Source of the DNA: Camelus ferus
Lineage: Eukaryota
Length of the DNA: 64,000 bases
Assembly: GCF_009834535.1 (NCBI RefSeq)
Contig: NC_045697.1
Coordinates: 103,232,001-103,296,000, forward strand
Reading direction: 5' to 3'
Numbering within the stretch: the stretch's first letter is position 1; the number at the start of each line of letters is the position of its first letter. Under the pieces are notes generated by a model. That model worked only from the letters and a program-made list of their open reading frames with translations, did not search any database and was not told where the DNA came from. Position numbers and translations under genes: made by a program. Positions 51,917-64,000 of this stretch are shown here, piece after piece.

Positions 51917-53982
51917 GATGCGCACAGAGATAGTCATTTCTCGTATATTTCTCCCCAGCTGAAACTTTCTGCTTTCCTCTGATTCAGCATGAAAACTGCA
52001 GTTGTGGGCAACCGTTCCGCTTCTGACTTGATGACAACCTTTAAGCATTCTGTATTGTCAGGCCCCTTTGTCAGATGGGATATAAAAACAGCCATAAGAC
52101 CTCTGGGTGCGACAGGCATCGAGCGCTTGTTCTGATAAATGTCACGAGGGACAAAAAAAAATATCATTAGACAAGAGGAGGTAAACTCTCCCTGACTCTG
52201 TCTTGAGGTCTGTATCTACCAGCTGTCAGAAATTATTTAATTAGCTTTCAGGAACACGAAAGCTGAACTCTGGCCTTCCCCGTCCAGTTCAAATGTGAGG
52301 ATTCTGCCCCAACTGTCACAGTGCTCCATGGCTTCTTTTAAGTCTTTGGAGGATACCTGGCCAGCTCGACAAGGGTTTCAGATTTCAGTGGCAGGGCAAG
52401 TGAAAAACTCCTCATCTTACGGGATTTGGGGAAAAATTTAAACACAGATTTATGCTGTCCGGTGCTTTTTAACACTAGCCTAAAGCTGCTGTGTGCCTGT
52501 TTGCGGGGACAACTCCTTTCTGTCCACTCAGCGGTGACAATGAGGGTTAACTTGGATTCGCAGGCACGGTTCTTTCAGAGAGCAGGGAACTGGGGCTAAA
52601 TGACTCGCCTGAGGTCACCTAGGCACTCAGTGACAGTGCCAGGGGGAGAACTCTCAGACACAAAGTTTTTAGCTGATAGTAGACCATGATAAGGTACTGT
52701 TAGAGGCAGAGACTTTCTGAAAAGAACCACGCTGGCCTCACTTGTGCAAATCCTAACTGCCAAATCATGTTCAAAGTTGTATTGTCTTGAGAGATGCTTT
52801 TAGTCCGTTTTAAGAAAAAGAAAAGCATCTTGCATGTTAGAAGCTCTTTTGGAACTTGCAAAGGTCTATGTGGCCTATTAAGTTGACTGATGAACTGTTT
52901 CCACCTCTCTGGGCTCTGCACAAACACGGTCCTTGTTTGAGAACCAGAGACTATTTTCAGCATCGACCAATAGCTTCACAGCTACGGGTGGTGTTTGAGG
53001 CCAGTGAGAAGGGGGACTATCACGATGGCATGCAGATTCCAGCCTCTTTCCTCTTTTCTGGTATTTTTCTTAGAGGAGAAGAGTCAATCCTTGAATAATG
53101 AAGCATTTAATGGGTGTTTTTAAATTTGTTACCCATAACAAAATAGAGTTTATCAAATATTAGTAACAATCAGTACTGATGCCCAAACGTCAGTATGGGA
53201 GGCCAGTGCCTGATCAAGAACAAAGTATCTGTATTTCTACATAAATCTGAACCTTACGTGTCTATTTCACCCATCTCGATCATGGTAAAACGGTAATAGC
53301 ATATTACATTTGACAAGGACAAAGAAGACGCAGCTTGAAAGAGGTAACAAAGGGAAGAATTTAGGTACTAAGACCCTCCCGTATTCTATCAGGACGCTGA
53401 GCTGGTCATTAATTCTGACACTTTAAATCCCAAATATTCGAAGGAGAAAAAGTTGGTTTACAGCAAATGTTCTACTAAGGTTATACTTGGCTGGAAAAGA
53501 AACCTCACGGTTTCGTCTTTTGCTTTTCCTTTTCCTGGATTTTTTTTTTTTTTGGCAAGATGCAGAAAAATCTCATTAATTCTGACCACACTAATTTGGA
53601 ATTCACGGTAATTCAGTCACTGTTGGAGTACATTGAAGTTTATCTTTTGCACATTAGGAAAAAAAAAAGCTGTTAATCAGATCAACTGCCTAAACAAAAT
53701 TAGAGGTGAGACGTTCAGCCCAGTCAACAGGGATCATTTGCACAGAATTGAATAGAGTTCTAATTTCAAATGATTCTTAACTATTTATTAAAGAAAGTTT
53801 GGCAGGAGTTCTACTTGGCAGCATCTGATTAACTGTTCGTTGGAGTGGCAGTATATGTGTTCAAGTAACAAAACGGATTTCCGTCTAAAAAAATTTTATA
53901 ACGCAGGTGTTTTTACTTTGTGACAGTGGCTTTCCTTCCAATGACTCCCGGTTATTGACATTTTTGCCGCTCGTAAACGTAC

Positions 53983-54222
53983 CTGACAGTTGAAAAAGAA
54001 GCTCAGAAGCCATCTTCACAGAGATATCCTGACTGAAGAGGTTCCTCTCTGGGGGCACCCTGCCTTCTGGCAGCTTCTGTAAGGGTTCGGTTTTCTCTCG
54101 CCCGATTAAAGTGCTGTAGCCAACATTCCGGCTGGGTGAGATCGAGGCATGCGAGTCCTGGATATCAACCTCCATGGGTTCCTCTTTAATCTTCACCATC
54201 TGAGTGTCCTTGTAGCTTTCCG
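53983..54222 (-). CDS. ZNF827: ZNF827 internal coding exon (240 nt, phase 1-1; about exon 6)
   Basis: Minus strand: acceptor ttcattcacctgcttgcag|CG, donor TCAG|gtacgt. Encodes (A)ESYKDTQMVKIKEEPMEVDIQDSHASISPSRNVGYSTLIGREKTEPLQKLPEGRVPPERNLFSQDISVKMASELLFQLS, recognised as ZNF827. Contained in ORF 53885..54358. Confidence 0.96.
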
Positions 54223-55169
54223 CTGCAAGCAGGTGAATGAAGAGGAACAAAAAACACCAGAGTTTCTTAATTCTGACCAAACCCAGCTTCTGCTCACAGA
54301 ACCACGAGGATTGTGTCAGGAGTAGTTTAGAAGAAAGCGCCCCAGGCACACTGAACACAGTTTGAAAAACTTCTGGTCGAGCCCATTCCGGTTTCTTGCA
54401 AAGGTAGGAAACCAGAGCTCAGAGGAATCAGATGACTTGCCCAAGTCCATGCAAACGGCAGCAGAACCAGGCCAAGGTCCCCAGATGCAGAACCAGGTGT
54501 CTTGACCAGGGCCTCCCGACCACACCCACACGCCCCTTCCTCTCTGCCAGGCTGCTCCCAGAGCTTACAAAGAATGTGGCAAACCTCTGTCCTTGTTTTA
54601 CAACGTACCCGACTGCAGTGAATCAAACTAGAGCAAGTCTACTCAGACTACGATTTTCTCCCTCTATTTTTAAAGCTCTGATCAATTTTTTTTTTCCTTC
54701 TCTTCTGGGTCACCTAAATTAGTAAAGGATAAGGAGGGTTGATTCAACTGAGACATTTATACCTTGCTGGGAGCTAGTTAATACTCAAGACCACCTAGGA
54801 CGTTAATTGCAGCCCACGGATTAACACTTAGAAAAACAGCAATCTTATAAGTTATAATAGCCGTTCAATTCACTGACCGCTCTTGCTTTAGGTGTGGCTA
54901 TTGAATGTTTGGTCTTTCACCTGAAACATGCATTTACTTTGCGAGGCTGGAGTGCCTTTATGTGCACATGCTCCTTAGAGCTAATGAGACCTTTGAAACA
55001 AGGTGGGACAATTAGCCCAGCCTTTGAGTCGGGTCACTTTAAAATAAGGCCACACTCTCAAATCAGCCAGCACTTATTAGTAACTATAGTGTCCTCAGCA
55101 CTCCAGAAAACACAAAAACTAAAATGAACTTAGGTATATAGTTGATTGATAGATAGATACACAGATAGA

Positions 55170-55945
55170 GAGTGGTGGGTTGAATGATGGCCCCCTCAAA
55201 GAGATACGTCTATGTCCTAACCCCAGGAACTCGTGAATGTGACCTTATTTAGAAAAAAAGGTATTTGCAGATATGATTAAGTTAAGGATCTCAAGATGCG
55301 CTCATCTGGGATTATCCAGGTAGGCCCCAAATCCAATGACAAGTGTCTGTATAACAGAAGAAGACAAGACACAGATCCAGTGGAAAAGGCCATGTGAAGA
55401 CAGAGCCAGTGCCAGAGGCTGAATGTTTGGGTCCCTCCCCCAAGATTAGTATGTTGAAACCTAATCATCAATGTGATGGTTTTTAGAGGTGGGGCCTTTG
55501 GGAGGTGATCAGGTCATGAGGGAGGAGCCCTCATGACTGGGGTTAGTGCCTTTGTAGAGAAGACCCCAGAGAGCCTCCTTGACCCTTCCTCCATGTGAGG
55601 TCACAGTGCAAAGTCACCTGCCTATGAATCAGGAAGAGGGCCCTCACCTGACCATGTGGGCCACCCTGATCCTGGACTTCCAGCCTTCGGAACTGTGAGA
55701 GGTAAATTTCTGCTGTTTACAAGCCATCCAGTCTGTGATGTTCTGTTACAGTAGCCCGAACAGACTAAGACAGAGACTGGAGTTTTACAGCCACAAGCCA
55801 AGGATTGCTTGGAACCACCAGAAACTGGAAGGAGTAAGGAATGATTCTCCTCGAGAATCTTCAGATTTCAGGTTCCTGGCCCCCAGGCTCTGAGGGAATA
55901 CATTTCTGTTGTTTTAAGCTACCAAGTCTGTGGTAATTTGTGATG
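55170..55945 (+). mobile_element. MLT1C-like LTR split by a nested MLT1A LTR
   Basis: gggttgaatgatggcccc...gtgaatgtgaccttattt...ttaagttaaggatctcaagatg...ggccatgtgaagacagag, resuming at 55773 as gagactggag...cagccacaagccaagga...ttctgttgttttaagctacc. Confidence 0.85.
55410..55772 (+). mobile_element. MLT1A/MLT1A0-like LTR (nested)
   Basis: tgccagaggctgaatgtttgggtccc...ggtggggcctttgggaggtgatcaggtcatgaggg...agcccgaacagactaagaca, with TG...CA ends. Confidence 0.87.
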
Positions 55946-56047
55946 GATGGATAGATGAATGGACAGACGGACAGACAGATAAACAATAAGAAACAATTTA
56001 AAGTAGGTGCTGGTCTGTGAGACAAGAGATATACAAGGGAAAATCTC

Positions 56048-56656
56048 TGGGCATGTATCTGGAGGAAACTCTAATTTGAAAAGATACATGCACCCAAATG
56101 TTCACAGCAGCACTATTTACAACAGCCAAGACATGGAAGCAACCTAAATGCCCATCAACAGATGACTGGATAAAGAAGTTGTGGTATATTTATACAATGG
56201 AATACTACTTAGCCATAAAAAAGAATGAAATACTGTCATTTGCAGCAACATGGATGGACCTGGAGATTGTCATACTAAGTGAAGTAAGACAGAAAGAGAG
56301 AAAAATACCATATGATATCATTTATATGTGGAATCTAAAAAAATAACACAAACTTACAAAACATAATCAGACTCACAAACACAGCAAATAAACTTATGAT
56401 TAAAGGGTGGGTAAATTAGGAAGGGATGGGGGGTAAATTAGGAGTTTGAGATTTAGAGATAGTATTATATGTAAAATAGATAAACAACAAGGATCTATTG
56501 CATGGCACAGGGAACTTTATTCAATATCTTGCAGTAACCTATAATGAAAAAGAATGTGAAAAGGAATATATGCATGTATATGTATGACTGAAACATTATG
56601 CTGTGCACCAGAAATCAACACAACATTGTAAACTGACTATACGTCAGTTTTAAAAA
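56048..56656 (+). mobile_element. L1 3' fragment (ORF2 C-terminus plus 3' UTR)
   Basis: ORF 56098..56346 MFTAALFTTAKTWKQPKCPSTDDWIKKLWYIYTMEYY is the L1 ORF2 C-terminus; diverged TSD aaggg..aaatctc. Confidence 0.93.
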
Positions 56657-57822
56657 GGGGGGAAATCTCATTGCTGTAAGCTGGGTGCTCAGAGGAAACT
56701 GTGCTTTCCTTGCCAAGTATGAGACAGGTGAAAATCGAGTACATGCACACTTTATTGATTTGCAATAAAGAAGACAGAGTGGTATTTTTAATTAAATGAT
56801 TAAAATTAATACAACGCTATCAGTAAGATCTTATGTAAGAAGTGTACTAATTGTGCTTTTTTCTTCCTGACACATTACACATGCTTCTCAGCGAAAATGA
56901 CTTTTTTGTCAGCGACTAAACTGCAGGCAACTGTTATATTTCATTTAGATCCCTTCCCCCTCCCCCATTATGCCAAGCTGTTTTTTTTCCCCTCTGCATG
57001 TCTGCGAAGCTCATAAAAACCAAGTCCATTGATTCAATCATGCTTAAAAAAAAAAAAAAAACCCAAAGAATATAAAGCTTTCCAAGTTACATGCCTGGCT
57101 TCTTGCCTTTACTTCCAGCCCATCTGATTCTTTCTTGGGTACTGACTGCATTCTCTGCCCCCTTAGGGATTTGGTGACCTGACAGCCATCCTGACCCTGA
57201 CTCCCCTCTAGATCACTCACAGGTGCAGTCACGACACACAGGACCCTCTCCTCAAACTACTTAGTATTGGGAAAAATAAACAGTGTGGTCAGTGTCATGG
57301 ATACATAATGATGTCTCTAAACCCTGCAAGTCATTCCAAGGCCCAAAGACAAACGAAGGAATACTAGAAAGGGATTCATTTAGTTGAAAAAAAAATCTCA
57401 ACATAAAGGGCAAAGCTAGAAAGAATCTGCTCCATCATTTATCTCCCCCAAGCCCACTTTTCCCCAGCTTTGCCCCTAGATTAAAAACCACTGGCTATTT
57501 GCACCATGGAATTTACAGAAATCAGTTTTTAAAAGCTACTTGGGATAATTTCAAGTATGATTTTTCCATGAAGTGCTCTCTATTCTTTCTTATGACAACT
57601 CTTGACCTTTCAAAAATGCACAAAACACTGATCACCGATAAAAGAGAAAAAACCTCTATCATCTGTAATCTACCTGGTAGACTCCAGACTCACTGAAAAG
57701 AGTTTTCAAACTGACATCTCCATGGGCAAGTGAGACCTAATTCAATAAATATTTCCATAGTCCGTGTTTTTTCATGCACTAGCATTATTGCCAAGTGTTT
57801 TCTTGCTTTTTTTTTTTTAAAA

Positions 57823-58035
57823 CAGAGTCTCTCAACCTGAGCACAATGGGCACTTGAAGCAGATACTTCTTCGTTGGAGGCTGTGCTGTGCATTGTAGGA
57901 TGTTTTGCAACATCTCTGGTCTCTACTCACTAGATACCGGTAGCACCAGCCCCCTAGCTGTGACAACCGCAAATAACTCCAGACATTGTCAATGCCCTCT
58001 GGAGGGCAAAATCACCCCAACTGAAACCACCGCTG
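57823..58035. mobile_element. MER20 DNA transposon with a CTCF-like motif
   Basis: tctcaacctgagcac...ggctgtgctgtgcattgtaggatgttt...tgacaacc...ctccagacattgtcaatgccctctggagggcaaaatcacccc; CCTCCAGAGGGCA on the minus strand at 57993-58005. Confidence 0.85.
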
Positions 58036-60299
58036 TAAAGTTTTTTTGCCACATTCTTGTTTTCACCATGCCCCAACCCCCTCCCCCATTTAATCAACAC
58101 CCAAGGCAAAGAAGAAAGAAGAAGCTCTTGCCAAGTTCTAGCCTGGGCTCCTCCACGTACTCAACACCACCTCAGCCGGCTGGCCGAGGACGCAGGAGGC
58201 AGCCTGACTTGGGAGCGAGGTCTCTGCTACAAATCCTACTTGGTCCTTAGGCCAGCTCTCTCCCTCTCGCTTAGGGAGCCCCAACATAACCACTGTTGAA
58301 TTAATCATCCCCCTCACTCTTCGCTTTGACTCCCACCCCCAGGGACAAGTCTATGTACCACGATATGCTTTCCCAACATCCCCCCTCTCCGCACACTGTA
58401 GCTCCTTTTAGAATCTCTTCCTAAAATGATAGGACAAATATTAATCATACTCCAGCGGCCTGTACTGCTATTTCCAGAAAGAAATTGGCAAATGGGAAAA
58501 GATGAGACAGTGTTAACAATATGTTATGCCTGGGAGGTGGATTGTGGGTGACAGTTTACTGTAATGCTTATTTACATTTTGTAATCTTTCTAGGATAAAT
58601 GTGGATATTTTGTCATTTACCTACATTTAAAAAAATGGAAAACAATTACATACGCCCATAAAATGATGGTATTTCCTCTTTAGAAGTCTAGTTCAGGTCA
58701 GAGTGCGTGCCTCGTGGCCTCGGAAGAGCTGATTTGTGAATCGGATAAGCCCTGTTCATACTCTGCTTGGCAACAGGAGGGAAAAAGCAATGGGGGTGTC
58801 ACAATACTGTCTTTTCTACCGTCATAAACACAATATATATCAGCCAGCAAAGGGGATCATTTCATTCATCAGTCACTTGGTCATTCTATAATCTTTTTTT
58901 TAAACATCTACTACACACTAAGACACTAGATGGATGATTCTTGCGGTTCAGAGGTAAGTAAGACCTGGTTCTTGCCCTCAAGAAGCTTAAATCTAAATGG
59001 ATGATCAGACAAGTATAAACAGCCCTCCCATACAAGAAGTAAAATTTAAATACAGTGTGGGAAGAGGGGTCCAGGACGACCATGGACCAAAGCCCAAAGG
59101 TGGAACTGTACTCTCCCTGGGGGGTTCGGGGACCATCACGGTGTCTGTTAGGCTGAAGCGCCACCAGTGAGAGGCAGAACTGGTTCCCTGAACAAGCAGG
59201 ACTCACAGTGTGAAATCATAAACGCAACTCTCTTTTTGTCTTCCGTTGTCTCTTTAAACCTGTCCAGTAGGAAAATGTTCCTTCCTGTTCCCAGGTGAAA
59301 ACCCAGGCAGGCCCATAACCTGGTAATTCTTAGATAATAAAAAGCCTCACAGCCCTTGAAGCAGCAAACATGGTCTCGATTCACAGTCCGGAAGGCCCAA
59401 CCCCCGGGGTAACCCACAGCTCAATCTTTCTGTAAAGGTGACCTTGGTTTCCCCCTGGAAGGGTCCACAGGTTGCCTGTAATTTGGGGGAAATGGTGTGG
59501 TGGGCTCCCTCCCCCCTTTCTTGCCTTCTTCCCAGCACACCAGCTTCCCTCTCAGACCCTAGGATTAGAGGAGGGGGAGGAAGGGGAGGAGAGGGGACGG
59601 ACAGCCCTTGTCTCGCTGTCCTGTTCCAGAATGGTTTCACCCTCTTTAGGCCAGCAGACATTTCTCTCCTGGGATTTGCCCACAGGGTCTTCGGAGATCT
59701 TGACCTTGGAGGTGCTCACTCTCTAAACTACCTCGACCTGGCTGAATGGCCTCCAGCCTGGGCTGCCTGATTCCCTCCACCGCCTCAGGCACCCACCTGT
59801 GGGCATCCACTTGAGTTGGGCGCAGGGACCACCAATTCTCTAGGCAGCCCCACTGGACAGCCCTGCAGACCACACCCATGTGGACCCTCTTGTGGGAACC
59901 TGGTCCACTCGGAACCGTGGGGAATGGCTGCCTCTTATTTGATCAGACAGAGAGGCCCCCACCACGGCACAGCAGGCCACTCTCTTCTACTCAGACACCA
60001 AGGCAGTCTGCCATCTCTCACCCTCCAGATCCTAGGCCAACGTCAGGTACGGACCATGAGGCTCCCAACTGAGGAAAACACAAGACGAACTTCCAGATGG
60101 CATCTCTCAAGCCGTGGGCTCTAGATTTGGGGTAAAAGGCTGGTATCCCTTCCCTCACCCCCCTTAGCTGGCAGTTGGGGAATCACAGCCTGGTTCTCTC
60201 CAAAAGCCCCTCGCCCCAACCTTCATAACCTCTCACGCCTATTCTCTCTCAATTTGGCCAAGAGTTCCAAGAGTTTGTGTGTTTTGGGGGTGGGGGGGG

Positions 60300-60510
60300 C
60301 GAGGTAAAATATCTACAACATAAAATGTATCATTTTAATTATGTTTGAGCGTCCAATTCAGTGGCATTAAGTACGTTCACACTGTTGTGCAGCCATCACC
60401 AGCACCACCTCGAGAATTTTTCACCTTCCCCAACTGAAACTCTACCCATTAACTCCCATTTCCCCCTTTCCTCAGCCTTTGCCAACCAACATTCTCCTTT
60501 CTGACTCTAG
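60300..60510 (-). mobile_element. L1MB-like 3' end
   Basis: caattcagtggcattaagtacgttcacactgttgtgcagccatcacca...ccccaactgaaactctacccatt. Confidence 0.8.
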
Positions 60511-60980
60511 GCCAGGAGTTTTTGTATTTTTTTTTTCCTAATTCTTCAAGCTGTAACCTTGGAGCTGAAGCCAGATCTTCCGTTGAACATACTGTCTAAT
60601 AGAGTGTCAGGTTGCACTCCAGAGAAATAACTGGAGAGGCAGGTAAGGGCAGAATATGGAATCTCAGATGCTGGACCAGGAAGACTATCCTAAATGAGAA
60701 GCCAGCCACTGGGGGGTTTGGGCAGGGGAGCAGCACAATCAGATGACATTTCGACAGGAGCACTCGTACGGGATGAAGGGACCAGAGGAAATGGAGATGG
60801 GGAAATCGATGGGGGCTGATGGCGGTATTGTATCATCATCTCCAAGCAAAAAGATGATGAGGGCCTGGACTGAAGGTCATGAGGGTAGAAAAGACTCACA
60901 AGATATTCCAGAGGTTGAATGTAGAGGAATTGGTGGTGGACAGTTAAGAGTCCGAATCAAGAATGAAGAGATGAAGGGAC

Positions 60981-61555
60981 CTTCATAGCAGCATTATTCA
61001 CAATAGCCAAGACTTGGAACCAACCTAAGTGTCCTCTGACAGATGAGTGGATAAAGAAGATGTGGTACTCATACACACACACACACAATGGAATATTACT
61101 CAGCCATAGAAAAGAATGAAATAATACCATTTGCAGCAACCTAGATGAACCTAGAGATCATCCTACTAAGTGAAGTAAGTCAGACAGAGAAAGACAAGTA
61201 TCATATATCACTTATATGTGGAATCTCAAAAAACAGTACAAACGAACTTATTTACAAAACAGAAACAGGCTCACAGACATCGAAAAAAAACTGATGGTTA
61301 CTAAAGGGGAAAAGAGAAGGGAAGGATAAATTAAGAATTTGGGATTAACAGATGCACACTACAATATATAAGTAAGATAAACAACAAGAACCTACTGTGT
61401 ATAGTACAGGGAACTATATTCAATATCTTGTAATAACCTATATGGAAAAGAGTCTGAAAAAGAATATATATATGTATAACTGAATCACTTTGTTGTACAA
61501 CTGAAACATTGTAAATAATGTAAAAAACATTCAATTAAAAAAATAATAATGAAAA
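60981..61555 (+). mobile_element. L1 3' fragment
   Basis: ttcatagcagcattattcacaatagccaagacttggaaccaacctaagtgtcc...aacaagaacctactgtgtatagtacagggaactatattcaa, followed by an A-rich tail. Confidence 0.92.
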
Positions 61556-63924
61556 AAGAATGATGTGACCAATGTGAGAACAACTGAGAAGAAGCCTTGT
61601 GTATGGTCTGGATAAGAAGGAGGTGAGATTTTAAAAAATAACAACTCTATGACTTTTAAGCCTTGGATATTTGGAAAATGCTGCTATTAAGAGTAGAAAA
61701 AGAGAAAAGTTGGGGAAAAATTCGAAGGAAGATTTTCAGTCCTGTTTTGGCTAAGTACCTATGATCCCTGCAGGAAGTAGAGGTCATGATGGTTTATAGG
61801 CAGTAAGAGAAGAGCCACCAGTGACACACAGAGTGGAAGGGACTGGGTGAGATAAGCAAGGGAGGGCGAGTAGAGAGCAGTGGATGGGGAGGAACTGTTA
61901 CCATACACTCCTACAGAGAAGGCAGAAAAGCAGCAAGAAGAGGTGGAGAGGGAGTGGTCCAGCACAGCCTGCTCGTGGAATGCAGGGGGCGGGGGCAGAG
62001 GCCCCGCCCGCTCCTGCCATCACATGGAACAGCAGCACAGTGACTCCTCCTCTTAGTCTCTGCCCCATAGATGTCCCAGCCCCACGCTCCCTGCAATACT
62101 GAAATATCCCAATTGCCCAAATACAACCCACCATTCGTCACCTTATTCCCTTCTTAAATACTCCAATAATGTCCTATACAGATTTCAGAACTGTATTTTG
62201 AAATTTCCCCTCTGTAAGCAGCTTTCTTTTATCTTCATCAGATGACACCCTTTCCATCCTTTGTCCTATGTCTATATTGTACAGACCTTGCTAACATTAT
62301 AGCTCAATGTGATTATTATTTACAGATTCATTTCCACTCTGCACTGAACACCCAGGGAGAGCCTGGTTCTGATTCATTTTTCATCCGCCAGACTTCACAC
62401 ATTTGATAAGATTAATCTCTGTCTGTCACATGCATCACCTGAGGCAGGGCACACAGTAGGTGTGCTGTTCTCCCTTCCCTGACCCCTCAGTCTGCCACAG
62501 ACACTCAGCCACGCTATGAACTTGAAACAAAACACGAAAGGACGCAGCACTGGCAGTGGCACTGAAATAAACAATAATAATTGGCCATTCCCTTTCTGGG
62601 GGCTATCATGGTCCTGAGCTAGTGTTTTTGAATAACGAGAAGCTTAAAACAGCCTCTAGAAGCAATGTCAACGATGCCATCTGGAAAGAGTTCATTTTCT
62701 GGAGTGACATTCCTGTCAATCAGATAAATTAAAAATCTTTCCAACTTTGCTATCCTCAAAGATACAAAGTTCTGGGATGGGCACAAAAACGTGGCCCAGG
62801 TATGAAAACTAATTCCTGGAGGTGTTGGGTTTATTCCTTAATACTTTGTGAAAAAAAAAGCAAGGCAAACGGACCAAGGGAAGCAAAACAGACAGCCAGG
62901 AACGAGCAGAGAGCCTGCCTGGGAACATCCGCCTCTGGGAGCGCCTGGCTCCCGCGGGCACCTGAGGAAGACGAGCTGCTGCCGTCTCCCTTGGCTTTCT
63001 CTTGCTTGATTTTGTCCTTGCCAGAATCAAGATGGAATGAAGAGCTGGGCTGGGTTTCCTGGGTGGCACAGGGAGAGACCAGGCCCCAGCACTACTCCAA
63101 AACGTTATTCCCCAGCAGCTGGACACTCTGTGCCGGGTTTTGTGTTGCTGGAGCTCAACGATGATGTGGGAAGGAAGCAGCCTCCCAGCAGGCACTCCCT
63201 CCCCCGACAACTGGAGCTGGTCCTCAGCGCAACATGGATGAATGCAGCTCCGCTCTTGCTATGAAAATGAAGACCCTGATGCCTGGATGCCCGAGTGCTT
63301 TTCTTCCTTCCCTCTTTCTTCCCCTACCTTCTCTCTCTCCAGGAGTCATGCCATAAAACAGAAGCACTGGCACACTGAGACAGGCCTTAAGTTCTCTGAA
63401 AGACTCAGCTGGGACATGCTTCTCCACAGGAAGTTACATATTAAACTTCAGTGTCTCTACGATGTGGCCCTTGATTCATTCTTACAGCGTCCAGAGTATA
63501 GTCGTCCTCAGTGAGGAGAAGTTCCCCAGTCTCGCTCTGAGGAATGGAACCCATGCCTGGGGCTTTTGCTACATCCCAGGAGAGGCAACACAGGCTCCTA
63601 CTGTCCTTGCTGGACACACTAGTCATCTGTTCCTGGGGAAAAGGAGAAGGAACGCTCTCCATGAAAGGAAACAGCAGTGCAGCAATTTTCTCTAGTTCTA
63701 ACCCACAAGAACCTTCAAGAGCAGCATTTTCCACCTGCCTCCTCTCGGAACACAGAGTGGGAGACTTACAAGACGCATGGCCTCCAGACTTGAGGATAAA
63801 CAGGCACAGCTGAGGGCAGGGCTGATAAATGGTGTGAGGTATGGAATTGAAATTTTTCCTCCTTAATTAAAAAGGGGGGGGGCGACTGTATTTTTCAACA
63901 GAAAAGCCTTACAGTGACCTCCAG

Positions 63925-63961
63925 CACACACACACGCGCACACACACACACACACACACAC
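63925..63961. repeat. (CA)n microsatellite
   Basis: cacacacacacgcgcacacacacacacacacacacac. Confidence 0.92.
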
Positions 63962-64000
63962 CACATTTTACTCAGGACCACACTGGAGTAACTGAGCAAA

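Larger units (their letters stand above)
1..64000 (-). other. ZNF827: ZNF827 gene body (partial; window is mostly intron, neighbouring exons lie outside)
   Basis: Three in-frame internal exons found. I did not find the next expected exon (ETEKIVLEAGNG...CDVCGKVF) or the preceding one, so both flanking introns are inferred to run past the window edges. Confidence 0.8.

Noticed and set aside
53885..54358. 157-aa ORF as a stand-alone gene
   Set aside because: It is the 240-nt ZNF827 exon with open intronic flanks; splice sites delimit the real coding part.
37864..61555. Inverted young repeats flanking the candidate circle exons as back-splicing drivers
   Set aside because: The similar L1 3' ends on either side (37864, 56048, 60981) are all in the same orientation, and no Vic-1-like SINE lies upstream within the window. 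Partners may lie outside it.
1..64000. Prokaryotic-type systems (CRISPR arrays, operons, rRNA)
   Set aside because: The sequence is mammalian intron; I saw no regularly spaced repeats, rRNA or dense gene clusters.

Overview
Mammalian genomic DNA, very likely a camelid (camel, alpaca or llama), because it carries four copies of a tRNA-derived SINE resembling camelid Vic-1 plus artiodactyl-type L1 3' ends. The whole window appears to lie inside ZNF827 on the minus strand. Three internal coding exons are present (53983-54222, 51543-51600, 34681-34784; about exons 6-8 by recalled human numbering), with canonical splice sites and consistent phases 1-1, 1-2, 2-1. The rest is intron, filled with L1, L2, MIR, MaLR/ERV LTRs, MER20, MER91 and Tigger elements and some candidate enhancers. 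Apart from 53885..54358, which contains the 240-nt exon, I found no listed ORF that is a credible gene. The most unexpected structure is at about 385-5120: two head-to-tail, heavily decayed Ty3/Gypsy (sushi/PEG10-RTL-like) gag-protease-RT fossils on the minus strand, with no LTRs or integrase that I could identify, interrupted by MIR, MLT1, L1 and SINE insertions. All family assignments are by eye from recalled consensus sequences, with no database search, and boundaries of old repeats are approximate.
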